In this document: positions 37,975 to 47,916 of the stretch, piece after piece | Layout: each line of letters begins with the position of its first letter | How positions within the stretch are numbered: position 1 is the first letter of the stretch | Assembly: GCA_963666205.1 (NCBI GenBank) | Contig: OY762654.1 | Span: 928,001 to 992,000 of the forward strand | DNA: 64,000 bases | Direction of reading: 5' to 3' | From: Synergistales bacterium | Lineage (GTDB): Bacteria; Synergistota; Synergistia; Synergistales; JAFGMB01 | Program-made: the position numbers and the translations under genes | Notes under the pieces: model-generated | Told to the model about the DNA's origin: nothing | Database searches by the model: none | Seen by the model: only the letters and a program-made list of their open reading frames with translations

Positions 37975-38895
37975 GTGGCGGATATTTCGGTCATAGTAAA
38001 TGGTGTAAGTTTTAAAAACCCCGTCCTGACCGCTGCCGGACCCAATGTGGGCTCAGAAGAAATGATACATAAAGCAATTGGAGGAGGGGCTGGAGGACTA
38101 GTCACCAAAACTGTTTCTGTTTATCCTGCAAAGGATAACAGGCCCACCATAAAAAAGGGAAACTTCGAAGGTCTCTTCAACTGTGAAACATGGTCAGAAA
38201 AACCCCTCCTCTATTTCACGCCAGCCTGTCATTACGTCAGGACCAGCAGAATTCCCCTGATAGTCTCCATAGGCTACTCGCCTGAGGATGTGAGCAATCT
38301 TGGGTCTATCCTTGAAAAAGAGGTGCAGCCCGATATCATTGAATTTTCCACCCATTACACCGGCAGATCACTGAAACCTCTTCTGGCTGTGGCAGAATCT
38401 CTCAAGAGAACAGTAAGCTGCCCCATATGGATGAAGGTTTCCCCTGGAATACCTGATCTGGAAGAGCTGGCTCTTTCAGCTTCATCCATAGTCGATGGCT
38501 TCGTTGCCATAAATTCCCTTGGCCCGGCACTGGATATCGATATTGAAAATCCCCATCCCTTCCTCGGCTCATCCTATGGAGAGGGATGGCTCTCGGGACC
38601 ACCCATACTTCCCATTGCTCTCTGCACCGTCTACAGGCTGGCAAAGATCCAGTCCAAACCTGTCATCGGCGCAGGAGGAATTTCTTCGGGAGAAGATGCC
38701 ATAAAATTTTTTATGGCAGGAGCTTCCCTGGTACAGATATGTACTGCAGCCCTTCGAAAGGGACCTGAAATATATGGAAAGGTCGCAGGGGAAATAGATG
38801 AATGGCTTGATTCTCATAATTATTCATCGTTACAGGAAATAAGAGGGTTATATATAAGAAATGCAGAGGAAAGGGCAAAACTCATGGATCCTTAA
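37975..38895 (+). CDS. Dihydroorotate/dihydropyrimidine dehydrogenase-like FMN enzyme (PreA/PyrD family)
   Basis: KNPVLTAAGP, VTKT, MKVSP, AINS, GWLSGPPI, GAGGI, AGASLVQICT. Confidence 0.85.
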   Translation: MADISVIVNGVSFKNPVLTAAGPNVGSEEMIHKAIGGGAGGLVTKTVSVYPAKDNRPTIKKGNFEGLFNCETWSEKPLLYFTPACHYVRTSRIPLIVSIGYSPEDVSNLGSILEKEVQPDIIEFSTHYTGRSLKPLLAVAESLKRTVSCPIWMKVSPGIPDLEELALSASSIVDGFVAINSLGPALDIDIENPHPFLGSSYGEGWLSGPPILPIALCTVYRLAKIQSKPVIGAGGISSGEDAIKFFMAGASLVQICTAALRKGPEIYGKVAGEIDEWLDSHNYSSLQEIRGLYIRNAEERAKLMDP

Positions 38896-38931
38896 ATGGA
38901 CACTGACACATCATCATAAGGAGGCCCGATA

Positions 38932-41238
38932 ATGAAAAAGATCATCGACAGATACATCGGTTCTACCCTTCCTCGACCTGACGGGTGGGAAAAGGTAACG
39001 GGCCGGGCTATGTTCATAGATGATATCACTTTTCCCGACATGTGGTTCGGCAGGACCATAAGGTCATCAATACCTTCCGGAATTATCAGAAAGATAGAAA
39101 TGGATCCTGCCTTCGAATGGTCGAAGGTGGCTGTTATCAGGGCAGAAGATCTTCCCGGACCGAATGAAGTCTGCATGGTTGAAAATGACCTGCCCATACT
39201 GGCAGAGGAGAAGATCCGCTATTGCGGAGAACCCGTCATCCTCATCGCCGCTCCTGAAAAGGCTTTACTTGAAGCAGCCGTAAAGGCCATTTCCATTGTC
39301 ACAGCAGAAAAGGAACCTCTTCTGACAATAGAAGAAAGCATTCAAGGGAAAAAGTTGCTCTACGGAAAGGATAATATATTTGCAGATTACACCGTATCCG
39401 ATGGTAATCCTGATATGGCCTTGAAAAAGGCAGATATGATCATAGAGGGAACCTATCAGACAGGATATCAGGAACAGCTCTACCTGGAAACTCAGGGAAT
39501 GATCGCCCGGTCCGTTGGAAATGGCATAGAGATAATCGGGTCCATGCAATGTCCCTATTACATACACAGGGCGGCTTGCCATGCCCTTCCCTTTGATCCG
39601 GAGAACATTGTCATAAAACAGGCGGTAACAGGGGGAGGGTTTGGAGGAAAAGAGGATTATCCTTCAGTAATAGGGATCCATGCAGCCCTGCTCGCCATGA
39701 AGAGCGGCCACCCGGTAAAGATGGTCTATGGCAGGGAAGAGGACCTTCTTGTTACGCCGAAGCGCCACCCATCTCTGATAAGGCACAGAACAGGTGTCCT
39801 GAAAGACGGGACCATTATCGCTTCTGAAATTGAGCTCTTTCTTGATGGAGGTGCTTATTCCACCCTGAGCAAAGTAGTTCTACAGAGAGCTATTCTTCAT
39901 GCTGCAGGTCCATACAGGATACCAGACATATATATAAGGGGGAGGGCATTAGCGACAAATACACCTCCTTGCAGCGCCTTCAGGGGCTTTGGGGTTCCCC
40001 AGAGCTGTTTTGCCGTTGAAAGACAGATGGATCGGATTGCCGCAAGACTTGGGATAGACCCCCTTGATCTGCGGAAAAAGAACCTCCTTCAGAACGGCAA
40101 CCGGTTTCCCTTCGGCCAGGAATTCACAGAAGGAGAAAACCTTAACCTGGTCCTGGAAAAAGCTGTTGAGCTTTCTGGTTACAAAAGGAAAAGGGCTTTT
40201 CCTCCGAAGACCTGTTCTTCTTCGGGGAAATACGGGATAGGCCTGTCCCTGTACTTTCACGGAGGAGGATTTACCGGAAGTGGGGAAGAGAAGATCGATG
40301 GGAAGGCAAAGGTGATATATGTAGGGAACGGCCTGATCGAAATTCTTGTCAGCAGTGTTGAGATGGGACAGGGAGCCACAGTAATGTTCACTTCCCTGGC
40401 TGCGGAGACGATGGAGCTGCCCCCTTCAATGTTCATACACCCTCAACCCGATACTTCCATCGTTCCCGACAGCGGACCCACCGTCGCATCGCGAACAACC
40501 ATGTTCGTAGGCCGGATAGTCATGGATGCCTGTCATAAACTTCTTGAAACACTCAGGGCTGCCGTTGGAAAATGGCATAAGGCTGAAAATGGGGATATTC
40601 TTTATTCAAAGGGTCTCTTCTCCTCAAAGAATGGGCCGCTGGGACACTTCACCGAAATGGCAGACAGATTTCTCCTGGAAGAAGGCCCCCTTTCAGGTTT
40701 TGCCAGATACATACCTCCCGAGGGAATGTTGTGGAATGAAGACTCTTTCACCGGAGCTGCCTACAAGAGTTATTCCTGGGGAGCAGATGTGGCAGAGGTC
40801 GAAGTGGATATGAACACCTATGAGATAAAACCGGTTAGAATAACTACCGTTGTTGAGATAGGTAAAGTTATCAATGAAATAACGGCAATTGGCCAGGTTG
40901 AAGGCGGGAAACTCCAGTCCCTAGGATACGGCTACCTTGAAGAGATGAAGATCAGGAAAGGGAAATTTGAGAGTGGGCACATGACCCAGTATCACATTCC
41001 GACTTCCATGGACTGTCCCGATTTTCATGTTTCCATTGAGGAGATCCCATATACAGGAGGTCCCTACGGAGCGAAGGGCCTCGGGGAGCTTCCCATGGAC
41101 GGCGGAGCTCCAGCCCTCGTTTCTGCCATAGAAAATGCCACGGGACTTTCTCCGGATCAGATACCAGTTACCGGAGAGAGGCTGGAAGAACTTCAGCGTG
41201 AAATGGCTCCTGGAGAAAAAGGAGGACTCAACAAATGA
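38932..41238 (+). CDS. Second xanthine dehydrogenase-family molybdopterin-binding subunit
   Basis: GSMQCPY, GGGFGGKED, AFRGFG, GPTVASRTT, GQVEGG, GAKGLGE. Confidence 0.9.
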   Translation: MKKIIDRYIGSTLPRPDGWEKVTGRAMFIDDITFPDMWFGRTIRSSIPSGIIRKIEMDPAFEWSKVAVIRAEDLPGPNEVCMVENDLPILAEEKIRYCGEPVILIAAPEKALLEAAVKAISIVTAEKEPLLTIEESIQGKKLLYGKDNIFADYTVSDGNPDMALKKADMIIEGTYQTGYQEQLYLETQGMIARSVGNGIEIIGSMQCPYYIHRAACHALPFDPENIVIKQAVTGGGFGGKEDYPSVIGIHAALLAMKSGHPVKMVYGREEDLLVTPKRHPSLIRHRTGVLKDGTIIASEIELFLDGGAYSTLSKVVLQRAILHAAGPYRIPDIYIRGRALATNTPPCSAFRGFGVPQSCFAVERQMDRIAARLGIDPLDLRKKNLLQNGNRFPFGQEFTEGENLNLVLEKAVELSGYKRKRAFPPKTCSSSGKYGIGLSLYFHGGGFTGSGEEKIDGKAKVIYVGNGLIEILVSSVEMGQGATVMFTSLAAETMELPPSMFIHPQPDTSIVPDSGPTVASRTTMFVGRIVMDACHKLLETLRAAVGKWHKAENGDILYSKGLFSSKNGPLGHFTEMADRFLLEEGPLSGFARYIPPEGMLWNEDSFTGAAYKSYSWGADVAEVEVDMNTYEIKPVRITTVVEIGKVINEITAIGQVEGGKLQSLGYGYLEEMKIRKGKFESGHMTQYHIPTSMDCPDFHVSIEEIPYTGGPYGAKGLGELPMDGGAPALVSAIENATGLSPDQIPVTGERLEELQREMAPGEKGGLNK

Positions 41239-42617
41239 GATTCAATATGACTGTCAATGGAAAAGATATCCATATTGAGGCTCCTCCTTTAAGAAGGTTA
41301 CTCGATATTCTCCGTGAAGATCTGGGACTGACCGGTACGAAGGAAGGCTGCGGGGAGGGAGAATGCGGAGCCTGTGCAGTTATCATGGACGGCATGCTTG
41401 TAAATTCATGCATGGTGCCAGCCATACAGCTTCCCGGGAAAGATATTCTTACAATTGAAGGATTGGGATCACCTGAAGAACCGGACCTTCTCCAAAGGGC
41501 CTTTGTAGAGGAAGGCGCTGTTCAGTGCGGCTTCTGCACACCTGGGATGGTAATGGCATCAAGGTTTCTACTGAGCCAGAACAATAACCCTGATAAAGAA
41601 CAGATCCGTATGGGACTTGCAGGCAACCTCTGCAGATGTACCGGATACGAAAGGATTTTCAGAGCTGTTGAAAGAGCCGCGGAAGAAGGATATGGCGAAA
41701 CCATCGAACCATCCTTCTTCCTTTCAACTCCAGGCTCCTTTGAATTATGTGAGAATGAGAAGAACAGGATTTTCATCCCCCATAGTACCGGGGAAGCCCT
41801 GGCAATTCTTAAAACACATGGAGAAATTATAACCCTCCTGGCAGGAACGACAGATATCATGGTTCAATTAAAAAACGGCAGAAAAGAACCGGAAGCCCTG
41901 ATGGATATATCACGAATACCGGAACTGTCAGATATCTCCCTTGAAGATGATTCCCTGCAAATCGGCAGTTGTTCCACCTATTCCAGGATCTACTCCAATC
42001 CCATAGTCCAGTCACACTTCCCGGCCCTGGAAAAAGCAGCCAGGCTGAATGGAGCAATAACCCTCCAGAATAGAGCTACCCTGGGTGGTAATCTCATGAC
42101 AGCATCTCCCGCTGCAGATATGCCACCTGTTCTCATGGCCCTGGATGCAAAGGCAGTACTGAGAAGCACCTCCGGATCAAGGGAGATCAGCGTCACAAAA
42201 CTATGGACAGGCTATAGAAATACGGTGAGACTCCCTGAAGAAATTCTCATAGGGATTAAAGTTCCTATCCCTTCAGAAAACAGCAGGCAGATATTTTATA
42301 AAAGGGGATCAAGATCCATGCTTACCATTGCAAGGGTTTCATTAGCTGGATATATAGGGATAGATGAAAATGGGAGTATTGTTGAACCCAGGTTTGCCGT
42401 CGGGACAATGGGAAAGACAGCCTTTATGCTTGAAGATCTCCGGAATTTTCTTGAGGGCAAAGCTCTTACAGAAGATATTGCCATCAAAGCTGGCAATATA
42501 GCTTCAGGGAGTGTAAATCCAAGAAAGACACCCGAATACAGAAAGCAGGTTACGGGGAACCTCGTAAAGAAATTTCTTCTTGATATAATTGGAGAAAGAG
42601 ATCAGAAGGAGGAATAA
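41235..42617 (+). CDS. Fused [2Fe-2S] plus FAD-binding molybdenum hydroxylase subunit
   Basis: N-terminal GCGEGECGAC/QCGFC/CRCTGY; C-terminal AGTTD, NRATLGGNL, ASPAAD. Confidence 0.9.
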   Translation: MRFNMTVNGKDIHIEAPPLRRLLDILREDLGLTGTKEGCGEGECGACAVIMDGMLVNSCMVPAIQLPGKDILTIEGLGSPEEPDLLQRAFVEEGAVQCGFCTPGMVMASRFLLSQNNNPDKEQIRMGLAGNLCRCTGYERIFRAVERAAEEGYGETIEPSFFLSTPGSFELCENEKNRIFIPHSTGEALAILKTHGEIITLLAGTTDIMVQLKNGRKEPEALMDISRIPELSDISLEDDSLQIGSCSTYSRIYSNPIVQSHFPALEKAARLNGAITLQNRATLGGNLMTASPAADMPPVLMALDAKAVLRSTSGSREISVTKLWTGYRNTVRLPEEILIGIKVPIPSENSRQIFYKRGSRSMLTIARVSLAGYIGIDENGSIVEPRFAVGTMGKTAFMLEDLRNFLEGKALTEDIAIKAGNIASGSVNPRKTPEYRKQVTGNLVKKFLLDIIGERDQKEE

Positions 42618-42621
42618 TAAA

Positions 42622-43494
42622 TTGGAACTTACCCTGGACAGCCTTAAAGTAACTGTCATAGCTGAAGACAGCGTACCCTACGAAAGTCCCCTCTGGGGAC
42701 AGCACGGTATTTCTTTGCTTGTTGAAGCAGAAAAAGAAGGCCTTACGAAACGGATAATGGTCGATGTAGGACAGAATTTCGAAGCCCTAAGCCATAACAT
42801 GCAGATCCTGGGCATAGACCCTGCAACCATTGACGCACTGGTTTTGACACACTGTCACTATGATCACACCATGGGAGCTGCAAAACTGGTAGAAGCAACC
42901 GGGAAAAAGAATTTTCCTGTCATAGCACATCCCGAGATCTTCCGTCCCCATTTTATCAACGCCCCGTTCCTCCAGCATGTGGGAATAATGGCTGGAGATG
43001 AAAGGGAAGAGATCGAAGCTAAAGGGGGAATGCTCTTCCTGACATCGGAGCCCTTTCAGATAATGCCCGGCCTCATAACTTCTGGCGAGATCCCCCGTAA
43101 TACGGATTTTGAAGATGCCGGAATAAGCCTTTTCACCATCTACGGAGATACGCTAATGCCCGACCCGGTACTTGACGACATTTCACTCCTGGCAAATGTA
43201 AAGGACAGGGGGATCGTTATAATTACAGGCTGCAGCCATGCAGGCATAGTCAACATAACAGAACATGCCCTTTCCCTTTTCCCGGATGAGGCAGTAGAAG
43301 GAATAATCGGCGGCTTCCACCTTGTAGAGGCATCTGAAGAAAAGATCTCCAAAACAGTGGATGCCCTGGGAGAGATAGGCCCTGGCTGGATCAGCTCGGG
43401 ACACTGTACAGGTTTCAAGGCACAGGTAAAATTACTTGAAGCCTTCGGAGAAAGATTCGAACCTCTCAGCTCAGGAAAGACCTTCGAGATATAG
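42622..43494 (+). CDS. MBL-fold metallohydrolase (archaeal dihydropteroate synthase-like subfamily)
   Basis: QHGIS, THCHYDHTMG, TGCSHAG, GGFHL, GHCTG; TTG start after AAGGAGG. Confidence 0.88.
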   Translation: MELTLDSLKVTVIAEDSVPYESPLWGQHGISLLVEAEKEGLTKRIMVDVGQNFEALSHNMQILGIDPATIDALVLTHCHYDHTMGAAKLVEATGKKNFPVIAHPEIFRPHFINAPFLQHVGIMAGDEREEIEAKGGMLFLTSEPFQIMPGLITSGEIPRNTDFEDAGISLFTIYGDTLMPDPVLDDISLLANVKDRGIVIITGCSHAGIVNITEHALSLFPDEAVEGIIGGFHLVEASEEKISKTVDALGEIGPGWISSGHCTGFKAQVKLLEAFGERFEPLSSGKTFEI

Positions 43495-43503
43495 AAACAC
43501 ATC

Positions 43504-43538
43504 AGGGGAAGGGGCAAATACATGCCCCTTCCCCTTTT
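43504..43538 (+). terminator. Terminator of the molybdenum hydroxylase operon
   Basis: aggggaaggggca/tgccccttcccct stem followed by T run. Confidence 0.78.
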
Positions 43539-43624
43539 CCTTTTCCTTTCTTGATGTCCATTACATGCTTATAATTCTTCTTTAAACAATAATGCGGCTC
43601 AGATCTGATTCAATAAAAGTCTTC

Positions 43625-44596
43625 CTATCTGCGCCCTGCCACTGATTCAGCAAAGATACAAAGGATCTCATACATCATGGTAGCGGCCACGAGTGCCGTA
43701 TTTCCCGAGGGGTCAAAAGGGGGCGCCACTTCAACTACATCGGCCCCGATGATCTCAAGACCCCTGAATCCGCGGACCAAAGCCTGTGCCTCCACTGGCG
43801 TGAGTCCACCGATCTCTGGAGTACCAGTACCAGGAGTAAAAGCAGGGTCTATTCCATCTACATCAAAAGTAATGTAAACAGGGCCTTCACCAACCACCCT
43901 TCCAGCCTCGGCAATAACGTTATCTACACCCATCTTTGTAAACTCTTCCATGAAGATGATCCTTATCCCGGCTTTTTCTCCGTAAGTCCAGCACTCATCT
44001 GAATTTGCTGCTCCCCTTATGCCTATCTGAACTGTTCGCTTCGGTTCGATAAGTCCCTCTTCCACTGCCCTGCGAAAAGGAGTTCCGTGGCTGTATCTGG
44101 AGTTCATTTCCTCATCGCAGCAATCGGTATGGGCATCAATATGTATCAACCCTACAGGCCGTTCTGAAGCAACGGACCGCAAAATGGGAAGGGATATGGA
44201 ATGATCTCCACCTGCGCTCAGGGGGAAAGCTCCAGCCATGCGGATCTTTTCATAAAAGGCAGTAATATCGGCGTGGCTGGCCTGAACATCAAAGATCCTG
44301 TTAAAGGGCACATCACCCATATCTCCAACCCGGCACAGCTCATAAGGATTGATCCTGGTTACATGATGTATGGAACGCATCATGGTGGACATATCCCTGA
44401 TCTGGCGCGGACCCTGCCTTGCACCGGAACGCGCTTCAACTGCCCCATCATAGGGAACCCCTACAAGTGCTATATCTACAAGAGCCGGATCGTTTACCAG
44501 GGGAGTTCTCATAAAGGTGGGAACACCGCAATAACGAGGGGCAAGCATAGGATTATCTCCCATCATGGTCTTATGGGGTTCAAGTTTTGGATTCAT
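43625..44596 (-). CDS. speB: Ureohydrolase (agmatinase / guanidino-acid hydrolase family)
   Basis: GGDHS, DAHTD, SHGTPF, FDVDGIDP, PGTGTPE, VEVAP. Confidence 0.82.
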   Translation of the reverse strand: MNPKLEPHKTMMGDNPMLAPRYCGVPTFMRTPLVNDPALVDIALVGVPYDGAVEARSGARQGPRQIRDMSTMMRSIHHVTRINPYELCRVGDMGDVPFNRIFDVQASHADITAFYEKIRMAGAFPLSAGGDHSISLPILRSVASERPVGLIHIDAHTDCCDEEMNSRYSHGTPFRRAVEEGLIEPKRTVQIGIRGAANSDECWTYGEKAGIRIIFMEEFTKMGVDNVIAEAGRVVGEGPVYITFDVDGIDPAFTPGTGTPEIGGLTPVEAQALVRGFRGLEIIGADVVEVAPPFDPSGNTALVAATMMYEILCIFAESVAGRR

Positions 44597-44737
44597 TATT
44601 TCCTCCTGCATCACTCAGATTTACGGCCTTTTCAAAAACTCTGCTCAATGGGTTTTCCCTGTAAGGCTCAGAACAAACACCACGTTTAAAGCTTTAAAGA
44701 AATATAGGGATGTTCCATAAAGTACGATCCAGAACTT

Positions 44738-45838
44738 TTATTGGGATTTTCCCCTCGCCAGGATGGGCCATTCATCCACCACTTCCCCGTTACGGATGCA
44801 GTACATTCGTTCATAGAGGTTGCAGGTGGGACATGCGTGGTTGGGTATTATTTCCACCTTGTCTCCGATGTTGAAGTCCAGTCCCTGGGGCCTTATGAAA
44901 GAACCATGCTCTTCGGAGAGACTGTAAAGTCTGATCTCCTGATGATCCTTCAATATTCCAAAACCGGGAGTCCTCGTTATCCCCTCTACCTGGACATAGT
45001 AAGTAAGGGCTTTCCCTCCCGTATCAAGAACCACCCTTTCGGGTACCGGTCTGCTGATAACCGTCCCCAGAACAGTAAGGGCACATCTGTCAAAGGTTCC
45101 TATGACATTCGCCTGGTCGGCATCGAGAAAGATATAGGTTCCAGGTCTTATCTCGGTAACGCCATTGAGAGGTTCTCCTACAAGTAGTGAAGGGGTGGAA
45201 CCTACGCTTATCTCTCTGCATTCTATTCCTTCTGATCTGAGAAGACGTGCTGTTGAAAGGATCTGTTCCTGGCTTTTCCGGAAGATCTCTCTTACTTCTT
45301 TCACGGCGTCAGCCCCATAGGTCTGGCCATCATGGGTATAGATACCCCTGAGATTTACACCCGGAGTGGATATCGCTATTTTTGCAAGTTCCAGAACCGG
45401 TTTACCCGATGGCACTCCAGTTCTTGGATATCCCGTGTTGACATCTATCATTACATCAATTGATCTATCTTCATTCATAAAGACCCGTGACAGCATTCCG
45501 ATGTGGACAGGATCGTCCACTCCCACTGCGATGCGGACCTTCCCTGCCAGGTTCCTGAGCCTTTCAAGTTTGATATCCCCCACGATCTCATTCGCAATAA
45601 AGATATCCTTTATGCCAGCTTCTGCCATTACCTCCGCTTCTCCAAGCTTGGCCACAGCAATACCTGATGCGCCATTTTCCAGCTGTTTCAGTGCTATGGC
45701 CGGTGTCCTGTGGGTCTTGATATGTGGTCTGAGTTTAGCACCCACTGAAGCGGCGAACTGCCGCCCAAACTCCATATTAGCCTCCATGCGGTCCAGATCT
45801 AGCAGGAGTGCCGGAGTATCAAGTTCCATCTTTTTCAT
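44738..45838 (-). CDS. Alanine-racemase-fold PLP enzyme (D-threonine aldolase / D-serine dehydratase family)
   Basis: TPALLLD, LRPHIKTH, GSTPS, EIRPGTY, SEEHG, IPNHAC. Confidence 0.87.
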   Translation of the reverse strand: MKKMELDTPALLLDLDRMEANMEFGRQFAASVGAKLRPHIKTHRTPAIALKQLENGASGIAVAKLGEAEVMAEAGIKDIFIANEIVGDIKLERLRNLAGKVRIAVGVDDPVHIGMLSRVFMNEDRSIDVMIDVNTGYPRTGVPSGKPVLELAKIAISTPGVNLRGIYTHDGQTYGADAVKEVREIFRKSQEQILSTARLLRSEGIECREISVGSTPSLLVGEPLNGVTEIRPGTYIFLDADQANVIGTFDRCALTVLGTVISRPVPERVVLDTGGKALTYYVQVEGITRTPGFGILKDHQEIRLYSLSEEHGSFIRPQGLDFNIGDKVEIIPNHACPTCNLYERMYCIRNGEVVDEWPILARGKSQ

Positions 45839-45898
45839 TAAATCCCTTCCTTTCTCACAAAACTCTTGCCGTAATTGACCGGGGTGAAAGAATTATTA

Positions 45899-46798
45899 TC
45901 ACAGATATTTCAGGATAATAACAAGGGCTGAGAACAGCACCATGAAGCCAAAATATTTTCGCAGGGAAACACAGTTTATCTTCGTAGTAAGCCAGGCCCC
46001 GGTCTGCGCACCCATAACGGAACCAGGCAGAATAAGCATTACAAGGAGAATGTCGACATTTCCCCTGATAAAATGGTTGGAGGCTCCGAAAAGAGCAGTG
46101 AAGAAGGTCTGGACCATGCTTGTTCCAATAGCAGTTCGGGTAGGTATTCCAAGGAGATAAACCAGTGTCGGCATCAGGATAAAACCGCCTCCTACGCCCA
46201 GGAGTCCCGACAGGGTACCGATAAGGAGACCGAGGCCTAGAATGGGCCAGATAGACATGGGTTTATTCTCAAGGGATGAAAAGTGAAACAGAGGAGGCAG
46301 GGATATTTTCCTGATCTTTCGCGATATTCCTGTATCTGCTTCGCAATCTGGAAACCTTGCCCGGAATGTTTCATACAACATGAAGGAACTCACAGAGATC
46401 AGAAAAACAAGATAGATGATGCTCATGTAAAGATCAAGCTGGCAGACATAATGTCCTCTGATACAGTACTGGACATCACTGCTGAAAGATCCCAGGATGT
46501 TTATCCCGATCCTGACCCCGGCAACAGCACCTGTGAAAAAGGTCAGGGCAAGTTTATAGTCCACATTTTTCTGTTTAATATGTCTCATTGAACCTGAAAG
46601 AGCTGTAATGACCATCTGGGCAAGGCTGCTTCCCACAGCCACATTATAGGGAATACCGAAAAAAACATTAAGTAAAGGTGTCAGAAGAAATCCTCCACCC
46701 ACACCAAAGAGTCCGGCAAGGAAGCCCACAACAAGACCCAGGAAAACAAGAAGTATGATGTTTACATCAACCTGTGCCATCGAAAGATGAATCAGCAT
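45899..46798 (-). CDS. TauE/SafE family permease
   Basis: Duplicated GLFGVGGGFLLTP / GLLGVGGGFILMP motifs; multi-TM. Confidence 0.88.
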   Translation of the reverse strand: MLIHLSMAQVDVNIILLVFLGLVVGFLAGLFGVGGGFLLTPLLNVFFGIPYNVAVGSSLAQMVITALSGSMRHIKQKNVDYKLALTFFTGAVAGVRIGINILGSFSSDVQYCIRGHYVCQLDLYMSIIYLVFLISVSSFMLYETFRARFPDCEADTGISRKIRKISLPPLFHFSSLENKPMSIWPILGLGLLIGTLSGLLGVGGGFILMPTLVYLLGIPTRTAIGTSMVQTFFTALFGASNHFIRGNVDILLVMLILPGSVMGAQTGAWLTTKINCVSLRKYFGFMVLFSALVIILKYL

Positions 46799-46897
46799 AA
46801 GTGAAAACCCTCCTGGATTGATCAGGTACAGAAACTGGCAGGATCAACACGGGAAACCGTACCTGCATGGATGGGGCTGGAAATCCGCTATGTCCAA

Positions 46898-47860
46898 TTA
46901 TTCGGAGGATCTGACCATAAGAGTATCGTACCCCTCTTTTTTCAGGAGAGCATTGATCTTCTCCGCTGTCTGAGCGTCTATTCCGGCCTTAACCCTTACC
47001 CTGTAGTATTTTCCAGGTTTAGTTATTTCCGGATTGAAACCCTTTTTTCTGACTTCTTCCGATACTCTGACAGCGCCTGCCTTATCTGGAAACATCCCAA
47101 CCTGGACACCCCAGGTATCATTTTTCTGGTACCTGGAGAATTCCGCTGCCCTGACCATTTCCTTTTCTTCCGGAATGGGATCTATAGCGGATGAATGCAC
47201 AAGAAGGGTATCATAACCTTCAGCTTTGAGCATTTCTTCGACCTTAACGGCCGTTTCCCTGTCTTCCCCTCCGTTGACTCTTACCCTGTAATGCTCTCCG
47301 GGCCTGGTTATCTGTGGGTTATATCCTTTCCCTCGAACCTCTTCTGCAAGTCTTTCTGAATCTGTTTTAGAAGTGGACATGGCAAGCTGGACACCCCAGA
47401 GATCCGATTTCTGGAACTTCAGGACCTCAGCAGAAGATCTCTTCGGAGACGGGACAGGCTCTTCACCTGATTGAGCAGTGCCGGAAGCCGGGATAACCGC
47501 TTTTTCTGTGCCGGAAGCACTTTCTGCTTCCTTCGAAGCTTTCTCAGTTTTTTCGCTGTCCACGGACATTTCAAGTGATCCGGCACTTGCAGTGAGGGAA
47601 GTTTCGGCCTGGGTAACCTCAATATCGGGAGAGATATTCACCTCCGGTTCAGATGAAAGCTTCTGGTAAAGGGGAGGTTTATCACTGAAGAATATGTCTC
47701 TTGAAGCAAAAAAAAGGACAACCACTACGATAATGCCAGTAAGGGGAATAAGCAGATAACCTGCTGAACCGGGGAAACGCTTCTTTTTATGTTCATTTAT
47801 CCTCCGGTGAGTATCAGCACGTAATTCTCTTTCATCCCGTCCAGTTCCTCTCTTTTTCAA
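46898..47860 (-). CDS. Single-pass membrane protein with two C-terminal SPOR domains
   Basis: Basic N-tail, TM helix, S/E/A-rich linker, two WGVQ...KG(Y/F)NP...YRVRV...GYDTL repeats. Confidence 0.8.
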   Translation of the reverse strand: MKKRGTGRDERELRADTHRRINEHKKKRFPGSAGYLLIPLTGIIVVVVLFFASRDIFFSDKPPLYQKLSSEPEVNISPDIEVTQAETSLTASAGSLEMSVDSEKTEKASKEAESASGTEKAVIPASGTAQSGEEPVPSPKRSSAEVLKFQKSDLWGVQLAMSTSKTDSERLAEEVRGKGYNPQITRPGEHYRVRVNGGEDRETAVKVEEMLKAEGYDTLLVHSSAIDPIPEEKEMVRAAEFSRYQKNDTWGVQVGMFPDKAGAVRVSEEVRKKGFNPEITKPGKYYRVRVKAGIDAQTAEKINALLKKEGYDTLMVRSSE

Positions 47861-47916
47861 AACAGGTACCTCCAATTAATTTCAAGCATGGAAACGAGCT
47901 CCGCAGCCAGCTGGTA

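Noticed and set aside
28879-43494. Selenocysteine (UGA read-through) in yedE/yedF or the Mo-hydroxylase genes
   Set aside because: ORFs look full length with Cys at the expected motifs, and no in-frame TGA interrupts a conserved domain
44615-44737. Guanidine riboswitch upstream of the ureohydrolase
   Set aside because: No ykkC, mini-ykkC ACGR loops or ykkC-III signature visible
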